The translations under genes and the position numbers were made by a program. Shown here piece after piece: positions 47,029-54,955 of a stretch of DNA of 64,000 bases. This DNA comes from an uncultured Lachnospiraceae bacterium (GTDB taxonomy: Bacteria > Bacillota > Clostridia > Lachnospirales > Lachnospiraceae). Position 1 is the first letter of the stretch. Each line of letters begins with the position of its first letter. Under the pieces are notes generated by a model. That model was not told the DNA's origin. It saw only the letters and a program-made list of their open reading frames with translations, and ran no database searches. The stretch spans positions 77,681 through 141,680 of the forward strand of contig CAZWCZ010000001.1 in the NCBI GenBank assembly GCA_964632165.1, written 5' to 3'.

Positions 47029-47838
47029 TCAGGATAGGAATACTCTTTCCTCGATTTTTTCTGCTGCCTTCCCGACAGACTCCATAAATTCATAATTTTC
47101 TTCCTTTTTTCCCACTCTTTCATTTTTGAAAAGAAATTCTGCACATCTTCCTTCAGCCAGTGCATCACGAAATCCGACGTTGCACGGGATCACTCCAACG
47201 ACTGTTTCCTCTTTACCAAGATACCTGCTTTCATATTGTTTCATGCCGTATTTGGACGACTTTAGATACTCTCCGAATAAAATCCCAACCTTTTTCCCGC
47301 ACAACATATCACGATTTTTACTGTATGCCTCCCATGCCCATGGATTTTGCGGAAGTACTACGATAACAACATCCGCCTGTTTCAGACAACCTTCGTTCTG
47401 TTTTTGATATCCGCTCCCGGCATCCAGACAGACCAGATCATACTCTTTTGCCAAATGTGCTTTTATGACATACTGTTCCAGTTCCGTTGTATTTCCGCCA
47501 TGTACTGTATTTTCTCTACATCCAAGTCCCGGAAACAATGCAGCCGACGTAAATGGAACGGATAATGCACAGCGCCTTACGGATGCTTTTGTCAGCATTC
47601 CCTGCTTACAGGCAAGAATCAATGCTGCCATCCCGCTGCGTGCATAAACTTCTTTTCGGGTCTCCAGCTTATACTTTGCATCCAACCCCTGTTCCAATGC
47701 CCATCCCTCTGCTGCCGAAGAAACTGCCATCTCTGTCTGCGGATATTTTTTGCCAAGCATGGCGACTACTGCACACATTGACGAACTTACCTTTGCCTGT
47801 CCTTTGACCGGAGACCAGAATGCCAGGATTTTTCCCAT
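47029..47838 (-). CDS. ParA/MinD-fold protein with a degenerate Walker A (TadZ/CpaE-like position), copy C
   Basis: ILAFWSPVKGQAKVSSS replaces KGGxGK(T/S). DLVCLDAGSG ... ADVVIVVLPQN is MinD-like. Confidence 0.45.
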   Translation of the reverse strand: MGKILAFWSPVKGQAKVSSSMCAVVAMLGKKYPQTEMAVSSAAEGWALEQGLDAKYKLETRKEVYARSGMAALILACKQGMLTKASVRRCALSVPFTSAALFPGLGCRENTVHGGNTTELEQYVIKAHLAKEYDLVCLDAGSGYQKQNEGCLKQADVVIVVLPQNPWAWEAYSKNRDMLCGKKVGILFGEYLKSSKYGMKQYESRYLGKEETVVGVIPCNVGFRDALAEGRCAEFLFKNERVGKKEENYEFMESVGKAAEKIEERVFLS

Positions 47839-47841
47839 TCC

Positions 47842-48468
47842 TTACCACCTTCCCAATCGTGCTGTCTGATTTTCCGGAATATCCGGAAACAGGAACAAAA
47901 TTAATTGCCGGACGGCCTCTTTCATTTGCGCAGAAAGCCGGCCGATAGGAATATCTCCTGTCTCTCCGAGATGTTCCCGTATCTTTTCGTCCTTTTCCTC
48001 CCATGGAATACATATCGTCTTTTCTGTTTTCTGTTCCGTCAGAAGTTCCAGATATTGCTGCGTATGTACTGATTCCCAGAAATTTCTGATCAGCAGGTAC
48101 TGTCTCCGCTCCCACTGCCCTATTTTCGAAAGCAAAGCCGCATGTACCGGAAGTCCGTCCGTGGCAAGTATCAGATGTCCGCATTCATACAGCCTTGGAT
48201 GCAAAACACGGTATCCAAAATCCAGAAATACAACATCATACGCTTCCTTCCGTACCGCAGCATCCGTAAGTACAATTCCGCGGTATATGGTTTCCTCCCA
48301 TTCTCCTGTCTTTAGAACATTATCCTTTGCTTCCATGATTCCAAGTAATATCTTGTGTTCTGTTCGATCTTCTATCGCCACCTTCTTTCCTGACTTCATC
48401 AGGCAGAATGCCAGATAAAGCAACACATCTTCACATTCATAACCGGCAAAGCCTACTGTGATTGACAT
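47842..48468 (-). CDS. ParA/MinD-fold-like protein lacking a P-loop, copy B
   Basis: MSITVGFAGYECEDVLLYLAFCLMKSGKKVAIEDRT ... YDVVFLDFG ... HLILATD follows a MinD-like strand pattern but has no GKT/S. Confidence 0.4.
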   Translation of the reverse strand: MSITVGFAGYECEDVLLYLAFCLMKSGKKVAIEDRTEHKILLGIMEAKDNVLKTGEWEETIYRGIVLTDAAVRKEAYDVVFLDFGYRVLHPRLYECGHLILATDGLPVHAALLSKIGQWERRQYLLIRNFWESVHTQQYLELLTEQKTEKTICIPWEEKDEKIREHLGETGDIPIGRLSAQMKEAVRQLILFLFPDIPENQTARLGRW

Positions 48469-49199
48469 TTTCCTTCTCCATCCCCTCCTAAAAAAATAGT
48501 CATGCCCCAATGTTCTGCAACAGGCGGTCGGATTGCCGTAATCTTTATCCCATCCGGCCGCTCCCACTGCCATATAGGAGCATTTTGGGTAAGTTCTCCC
48601 TGTTTTTCATTTTGGATGATGACGCGGATGACTCTCTCCTCTTCCTCAAAGGACACGTTTAGAAATGGGAAAGAATATACCATATTACCTTTTTTCAATT
48701 TTATACGGCTCTCTGAATTTTCCTGTCCGGATTCCTTTGCACATTCTCCAAATAAGATCGCATCACCTCCCAGTCTGAGCAAATTTTCCACAAGTCCTGC
48801 TCCCCTCCTTTTCAGCAGCCGTTTTACGAAGAAATTCTGTTTTTCCTCCCAGGATAAAGGCATCCCTTTTCTCCTGTTCATAAGGTACACTCTGTCCACG
48901 TCCTGCTCTGTAAAAACTGTCTTCCCCTCAGCTCCAAGTTCATTCAGAAGACAATACCCCATACCCGTCTGCCTGTCTCTCTGCTTCATGTATAACAACA
49001 GATCCAATTTTTGTTCCGCCGTCAGATATCCTGACTGTTCAAACGGAAACAGCTTTGCTTCCATCACCTCCTCCGTTATTCCCTCTTTTTTGAATAAGAT
49101 CCTTGATATTGCTTCTTCTTTTTCCTCTTCCGTCATGTAAACTCCGTTTTCATCAGACAGGTTCCCTTCCAATAATTTTTCTGCCAGACTTTCTCCCAA
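48453..49199 (-). CDS. stand-alone paralog of the CpaF-like ATPase N-terminal domain (no ATPase core)
   Basis: IIQNEKQGELTQNAPIWQWERPDGIKITAIRPPVAEHW aligns with LIRDARAGELTQNHPMIVVDTADGRRVSVSRPPVTDVW of 45399..47006. The ORF ends where the P-loop domain would begin. Confidence 0.55.
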   Translation of the reverse strand: MGESLAEKLLEGNLSDENGVYMTEEEKEEAISRILFKKEGITEEVMEAKLFPFEQSGYLTAEQKLDLLLYMKQRDRQTGMGYCLLNELGAEGKTVFTEQDVDRVYLMNRRKGMPLSWEEKQNFFVKRLLKRRGAGLVENLLRLGGDAILFGECAKESGQENSESRIKLKKGNMVYSFPFLNVSFEEEERVIRVIIQNEKQGELTQNAPIWQWERPDGIKITAIRPPVAEHWGMTIFLGGDGEGKCQSQ

Positions 49200-49210
49200 A
49201 ATCGTATATG

Positions 49211-49975
49211 CTACCTTTTGTTTTTTTCTTGCCTTGATTCTAATTCCCGCCTTTTTGTCACCTCCTTTTCCCTTTCTAACATTTTAAGTACAATTTCATC
49301 CGGAAGATATGCGACCGGACTTTTTTCCTGTCTCTGTTCTTCCGGGTACTTAACAAGATACAACTCTGTGTCCCGATATGTATCACAGTCATAACGCGCA
49401 GAAGAAAGCAACAATATTTCTTCTTCGCTCAGTCTTAAAACGATCCCCGTCTTTTTTTCACACCGAACAAGTACTTTCTCTGCCAAAACAACATAATCTT
49501 CCGCATTTGCAAAAGAGATTCTGACATCCACCCGGTTTCCTTCTTTTAAATACTCCGGTATATCCACTTCCGTGATCAGCACTTCCCTCAGATTTTCCTC
49601 TTCTTCTGTCAGATCTTTTTTTCGGATACAGCTTCCTTCTGTTACCGGTGCAAGCAGCACCTTTCCAAAATCTTCTTCCGTCATATATAAAATACTTTCT
49701 TCATCTGAGTAACGAAGCATCCGTCTTACTTTTTCCGATGTAACAGTATCTCCGGCTTCTAAATTTTCCCCTGCGACAAATAAGTATTTTTCATAACTCT
49801 CTAACTCTTTTAAAAGTTCTTTTCGCTCCTCGTCTGCGTTCTTAAAACTCTTTATGGCAATTCCTGTTCCTGCCATCCCAGCCACTGTCATAAAAACCAA
49901 TAATCCTATGCGTGCCCTTTTCCGCCTTTTTTGACTTTGATGATTCATACTCCTCCTTATCTTGTTCTGCAGCAA
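49211..49975 (-). CDS. CpaB/RcpC-like SAF-domain protein, N-anchored
   Basis: TM RIGLLVFMTVAGMAGTGIAI, SAF-like VAGENLEAGDTVTSEKV, and EGNRVDVRISF...VVLAEKVLV (compare CpaB pGdrVDVl). Start at Met1 or Met10 (49948). Confidence 0.55.
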   Translation of the reverse strand: MLQNKIRRSMNHQSQKRRKRARIGLLVFMTVAGMAGTGIAIKSFKNADEERKELLKELESYEKYLFVAGENLEAGDTVTSEKVRRMLRYSDEESILYMTEEDFGKVLLAPVTEGSCIRKKDLTEEEENLREVLITEVDIPEYLKEGNRVDVRISFANAEDYVVLAEKVLVRCEKKTGIVLRLSEEEILLLSSARYDCDTYRDTELYLVKYPEEQRQEKSPVAYLPDEIVLKMLEREKEVTKRRELESRQEKNKR

Positions 49976-50696
49976 GCAGCAATTCTGCCGCTCTCCTGAT
50001 ATTTCTGCAAAAGTACTTTTCTCCTTCCTCCGGCTCTTGAAAAAAGCGTTCTACATCGCCGTTTTCACACGCCATGTCAAATTTTCTGCACTTCGGAAGA
50101 ACTCCTAGTCGTTTCTTTTCAATTCCGTAAATTCTGTGAAGATAATGGGGATTGCACTTTTCTTCGCTATGATAATCCGTGATAAAAAATACTGATTTTG
50201 GAATAATGGATGAATAATGATGAAAGAATTTTCGAATTTCCATTGTATTCTGCGGTAAAAAAACAGCAACCACGTCTGCCTCTTCCAATGCCTGTAAAGA
50301 AAAGGCATTGATTTTCCCTGAAATATCCATAAAATAAAGAGTTTCCCTTGAAATATTGCGGTAAAACATCAGATGTTCCAATCCGTCCGTCGGCTGAACC
50401 AGGCGGATTCCGACAGACGTTGTAATATCACCTGCCCTCCGGTCTTCTGAGATTTTCATTTCCCATAATTTTCTGAAGTACCCCGGTTCGCCATAGGGAT
50501 GGCATTTTTGCGCCCGTTCTATTCCGCTTCTGGACGGATCATAGAAAAAATAGTCCTCTAAACCTTGTCCGCCAAGATAATTGCAGCCTGCTATTACACA
50601 TTTTTCAAAATACAGAGTGCAGTACACGCTGATGGCTGCAAGATAACCGGTCACCTTACCGGCATTATCCGTTCCATCCCAAAACGCTACTTTCAT
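49842..50696 (-). CDS. ParA/MinD-fold-like protein with a degenerate P-loop, copy A (first gene of the operon)
   Basis: MKVAFWDGTDNAGKVTGYLAAISV ... ADVVAVFLPQN parallels copy C. Confidence 0.4.
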   Translation of the reverse strand: MKVAFWDGTDNAGKVTGYLAAISVYCTLYFEKCVIAGCNYLGGQGLEDYFFYDPSRSGIERAQKCHPYGEPGYFRKLWEMKISEDRRAGDITTSVGIRLVQPTDGLEHLMFYRNISRETLYFMDISGKINAFSLQALEEADVVAVFLPQNTMEIRKFFHHYSSIIPKSVFFITDYHSEEKCNPHYLHRIYGIEKKRLGVLPKCRKFDMACENGDVERFFQEPEEGEKYFCRNIRRAAELLLAAEQDKEEYESSKSKKAEKGTHRIIGFYDSGWDGRNRNCHKEF

Positions 50697-50977
50697 AACA
50701 TTGTTCTAATTTGTTAAAAGGAAAAATACAGAATCGTATCTAGGAGTATCTGAGCCCATGAAAAGGGGAAGATATGTTTCACGGAATCTCTTTACAATAT
50801 AATCATAGCTCTGCCGTTTTGATTTGTAAAGCATTTTCTGCGTTCTTAAATGTACAAGTTTTCGTATGTTTTTTGTGACATTTTTACAAAATTTTTATCA
50901 TATAAATAAATGAAAAAGCTTGCTTTTCCCTTTATTAAAGCGGCTTTGTGGACTTTTTACAAGGAGGAAACAAAAAA

Positions 50978-53527
50978 ATGAATGCACATGCTTTTTCCAC
51001 AGAATCTGTCTTAAAAAAGCTTGACAGCAGCACAGATGGCCTAAGCAAAAAACAGGCAGAAGAACGCCGACGAAAATATGGACGCAACGAACTCGTCAGA
51101 GAAAAACATCCGCATATCCTTTCCCGTTTTTTTGCCCAGTTCCAGGATTTTATGATCCTCGTTCTGCTTGCAGCTGCCGCCCTTTCTCTTCTTCTCTCCT
51201 TTTTGGAAGGAACAGCGGATTTTGCAGATCCGGTCATTATTTTGATCGTTGTAACACTTAATGCCATTCTTGGTGTCATACAAGAAACAAAAGCAGAACA
51301 CTCACTGGATGCATTAAAAAAACTTTCTGCTCCTCATGCCTCTGCAATAAGGGATCACAAACGGATTACCATTCCTGCATCTGAACTTGTCCCCGGTGAT
51401 ATCATATTTATTGAACCCGGATGTCTTATCCCGGCAGATGCCAGACTCCTTTCCGCCGCCGGGCTGCGCATAGATGAGTCAGCCCTTACCGGAGAATCCG
51501 TCGCGGTGGAAAAGCAGTGCAAAGCGATCTTTTCTGCAGATGTTCCTCTCGGCGACCGCCGCAATATGGTCTATTCCTCGTCGGTTGCCGTCTCCGGGCA
51601 CGGCACTGCTGTCGTTACCGCTATCGGAATGGATACGGAAGTCGGAAAGATCGCAACCATGCTTCTTTCCGAAGCACCACAGGAAACTCCTCTGCAAAAG
51701 CGTCTTGCAAAAACCGGAAAACTGCTTGCCATTTCTGCTTTGCTTATCTGCTTTCTCCTGTTTTTCGTCGGCATTTTTCACGGGATTCCTCTTTTTTCGA
51801 TGTTTATGACTTCCGTCAGTCTTGCAGTGGCCTCTATTCCTGAATCTTTACCTGCGGTTGTTACGATCATGCTCTCCCTCGGTGTCCAACGTATGGTAAA
51901 AAAGAATGCCATTATCCGAAAACTTCCTGCCGTGGAAACTCTCGGAAGTGCCACCTATATCTGCTCTGACAAAACCGGCACTCTTACCGAAAACCGCATG
52001 CGTGTAACAAAAATGTTTTCCAAAAAGGAATCCGTTTCTTTTCCAAATCCGGAACTTATGGCACTTTTATGCAATAACGCCACAGAAGAATTTGGCGAAG
52101 CTACGGAAACTGCTTTACTGCACCACGCACTTGAAAAAGGAATGTCCGTTTCCTTGCGGAACAACTATCCCCGCATCTATGAGATTCCGTTCGATTCCTC
52201 ACGAAAATGTATGACGACGGTACATAAACTTCCGGGAAGTGATTCTTTCCTTGTCATAACCAAAGGTGCTTTTGATGTTCTTCTCAAAAAATGCCGCCTT
52301 TCTCCTGCAGAAAAGGCATCCTTTTCATTACAACATGAATACATGGCAAAAAACGCCCTTCGTGTTCTGGCTGTTGCCTATAAGATCATCCCGTCAAGTT
52401 CCCTGCTGCCTTCATCCCTTGAGGAAGATCTGCAGCTGTCTGCTCTTTTCGGGATGATGGATCCTCCCAGAAAAGAAGTCCGCGATGCCGTTCTCTTATG
52501 CCGCACTGCCGGCATTACTCCTGTTATGATCACAGGCGACCACAAAAGTACCGCCTGTGCCATTGCCAAAAGCCTCGGAATCCTGCAAAAAGATTCCGAG
52601 GCTCTGACCGGCTCTGAAATTGATGACATGAATGAAGAAGAGTTCTGCCGGAACATCAAAAAATATACAGTATTTGCGCGGGTATCTCCTGAACATAAAG
52701 TCCGTATTGTAAAAGCATTAAAAAGTCATGGTGAAATTGTTGCCATGACCGGTGACGGGGTCAACGATGCTCCGGCATTAAAAGCTGCTGATATCGGTTG
52801 TGCCATGGGTAAAACAGGTACGGATGTTGCAAAAAATGCCGCCGATATGATCCTAACGGATGATAACTTCGCCACTATTGTCTCAGCAGTCAAGGAAGGG
52901 CGCGGTATCTATGACAATATAAAAAAATCCATCCACTTTCTTCTCTCCTGCAACATTGGTGAGATCATTACCATTTTTTTTGCAATTCTGTTTCGGATGC
53001 CTTCCCCCCTTGCGGCCGTACAGCTGCTCTGGGTCAATCTGATCACCGATTCCCTTCCGGCTCTTGCCCTTGGTACAGAAGCTCCGGAAGAAGACATTAT
53101 GACCAGATCCCCCATTTCTCCGAAGGACAGTCTCTTTTCCAGGGATCTCATCGTCCGTATTGTAAGTGAAGGGATCCTCATCGGTTCTCTCTCTTTATTT
53201 GCGTATGTTGTCGGCAGCAATTATATTGGAAATGCGTGTACCATGGCTTTTGCCGTACTGAGTTTTTCACAGTTGTTCCATGCGTTTAATATGCGCAGCC
53301 GCTATTCTCTGTTTCATATAGGGATATTCAGCAATAAAAAAATGGTCTGGTCTTTCCTGATTTGTGCCTTCCTTCAATTTCTTGTCATTACTCATCCCTG
53401 GCTTCAGTCATTGTTCCTTGTCAATTCCATGACTTCGCTACAATGGCTTGTTGTCACTGCCTGCTCCATTGCACCCGTTGTTTTTGTCGAACTTCAAAAA
53501 TTTTTTTCCTCTCATCTTTCTTCTTAA
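50978..53527 (+). CDS. P-type ATPase, Ca2+-transporting (P2A/PMCA-SERCA-like)
   Basis: CSDKTGTLT phosphorylation site, TGES, MITGDH, TGDGVNDAPALK, and 10 TM segments. Confidence 0.88.
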   Translation: MNAHAFSTESVLKKLDSSTDGLSKKQAEERRRKYGRNELVREKHPHILSRFFAQFQDFMILVLLAAAALSLLLSFLEGTADFADPVIILIVVTLNAILGVIQETKAEHSLDALKKLSAPHASAIRDHKRITIPASELVPGDIIFIEPGCLIPADARLLSAAGLRIDESALTGESVAVEKQCKAIFSADVPLGDRRNMVYSSSVAVSGHGTAVVTAIGMDTEVGKIATMLLSEAPQETPLQKRLAKTGKLLAISALLICFLLFFVGIFHGIPLFSMFMTSVSLAVASIPESLPAVVTIMLSLGVQRMVKKNAIIRKLPAVETLGSATYICSDKTGTLTENRMRVTKMFSKKESVSFPNPELMALLCNNATEEFGEATETALLHHALEKGMSVSLRNNYPRIYEIPFDSSRKCMTTVHKLPGSDSFLVITKGAFDVLLKKCRLSPAEKASFSLQHEYMAKNALRVLAVAYKIIPSSSLLPSSLEEDLQLSALFGMMDPPRKEVRDAVLLCRTAGITPVMITGDHKSTACAIAKSLGILQKDSEALTGSEIDDMNEEEFCRNIKKYTVFARVSPEHKVRIVKALKSHGEIVAMTGDGVNDAPALKAADIGCAMGKTGTDVAKNAADMILTDDNFATIVSAVKEGRGIYDNIKKSIHFLLSCNIGEIITIFFAILFRMPSPLAAVQLLWVNLITDSLPALALGTEAPEEDIMTRSPISPKDSLFSRDLIVRIVSEGILIGSLSLFAYVVGSNYIGNACTMAFAVLSFSQLFHAFNMRSRYSLFHIGIFSNKKMVWSFLICAFLQFLVITHPWLQSLFLVNSMTSLQWLVVTACSIAPVVFVELQKFFSSHLSS

Positions 53528-53530
53528 TGA

Positions 53531-53557
53531 AACTGCCGGGCAACCCCGGCAGTTTTT
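53531..53557. terminator. bidirectional terminator
   Basis: aactgccggg-caac-cccggcagtt followed by a T-run. Confidence 0.75.
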
Positions 53558-54846
53558 CATCTTCCTCTCAAAAGTTCTTCTTCAATCGCTGTCAGACGGT
53601 TATATTTTGCCGTCCGCTCTCCTCTGCATGGTGCTCCCATTTTTACGTACGGTGTTGAAAAACCGACGGCCAGATCCGCAATGACCGTATCCTCCGTTTC
53701 TCCGCTTCGATGTGACAATATTGTTGTATATCCCGCTTCCTTTGCCGTCTGTATTGCTTCCATCGTTTCCGTAAATGACCCTATCTGATTCGGTTTTATC
53801 AGGATCGCATTTCCGGCCTTTCGCCGGATTCCTTCCAAAAGCCGTGCCTGATTTGTCACGAACAGATCGTCTCCGATCAGCATTACCTTATCGCCCAGCC
53901 GTTGTGTCAGTTCCGACCATCCCTCCCAGTCTTCCTCATCTAGCGGATCTTCCAACGACAGGATCGGATAGTTGTCGATCAGTTCCTCGTAATAATCGAT
54001 CAGACTCTTTGTCGTATGAGAAATTCCCTGCTTTTTTAAAAAATAACAGCCCTTTCTTCCTTCTTTATCCTTCCATTCTGATGCGGCAATGTCCAAAGAA
54101 AGCATGAATTGGCCTTCCCTTCCTGCAGAATATCCTGCGTCTGCTATCGCCTCCAGCAAAAGATCCAGTACTGCTTCATCCGAAGACAGATCCGGTGCAA
54201 ATCCGCCTTCATCTCCGACCGAAGTAGAAACACCCCACGTTTTCAGCAGTTTTTTCAATGACTGATACACTTCTGCACACCATCGCATTCCTTCTGCAAA
54301 TGCGTGTTCCTTGAGTTTCCGCATTCCTACTGGAACGATCATAAATTCCTGAATATCTATATTGGCATCCGAATGTGCCCCTCCGTTTATTACATTCATC
54401 ATCGGCACAGGCATATGATCTGCCGTCAATCCACCGACATAACGGTATACCTGTTCTTTCTTATATGCTGCTCCTGCTTTTACCGTTGCCAGAGATACCG
54501 CTAAAATTGCATTAGCTCCGAATCTCGACTTTACTTTTGTTCCATCTGTGCTGCACAAAATGTGGTCGATTCGGTGCTGATCCAATGCATCGTTTCCTTT
54601 CAATGCCACACAAAGTTCATTCTGAATCACTGCTACTGCTTTACGTACGCCTTTCCCTCCATACCTTCCCGGATCCCCGTCACGCAATTCCCACGCTTCA
54701 TACTCTCCGGTCGACGCACCCGATGGTGTCATTGCACGTCCTGTTGCTCCGTCAGAAAGGAACACTTCTGCTTCTACCGTCGGATTTCCTCTTGAGTCAA
54801 GCACTTCCCTTGCCCGTATCTCGCTGATGCTGCTGTCTCTTTTCAT
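53557..54846 (-). CDS. eno: enolase (phosphopyruvate hydratase)
   Basis: AREVLDSRGNPTVEAEV, GDEGGFAP, GDDLFVTN, SHRSGETED and ERTAKYN. Confidence 0.9.
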   Translation of the reverse strand: MKRDSSISEIRAREVLDSRGNPTVEAEVFLSDGATGRAMTPSGASTGEYEAWELRDGDPGRYGGKGVRKAVAVIQNELCVALKGNDALDQHRIDHILCSTDGTKVKSRFGANAILAVSLATVKAGAAYKKEQVYRYVGGLTADHMPVPMMNVINGGAHSDANIDIQEFMIVPVGMRKLKEHAFAEGMRWCAEVYQSLKKLLKTWGVSTSVGDEGGFAPDLSSDEAVLDLLLEAIADAGYSAGREGQFMLSLDIAASEWKDKEGRKGCYFLKKQGISHTTKSLIDYYEELIDNYPILSLEDPLDEEDWEGWSELTQRLGDKVMLIGDDLFVTNQARLLEGIRRKAGNAILIKPNQIGSFTETMEAIQTAKEAGYTTILSHRSGETEDTVIADLAVGFSTPYVKMGAPCRGERTAKYNRLTAIEEELLRGR

Positions 54847-54955
54847 TTTCCTTCCACCTTTTTCATTTTTTAATGAGTATACCCTTTTCTCCTGCAAAAA
54901 AAACAGATCGCCGTAAAATATTACAACGATCTGTCTCTGCTTGATTTTCCCTATA

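Noticed and set aside
43813-47168. An alternative reading of the ATPase and polytopic protein as the sporulation SpoIIIAA/AB channel
   Set aside because: SpoIIIAA (about 300 aa) and SpoIIIAB (about 170 aa) are much smaller, and the SpoIIIAC-AH pattern is absent. The CpaB/SAF and ParA-like genes and the IRKF motif fit a Tad/CpaF context better.
47669-48184. A 171-aa minus-strand ORF overlapping two ParA-like genes in another frame
   Set aside because: It is Gly/Arg-rich and low-complexity, has no RBS, and both overlapped frames have better protein-like sequence.
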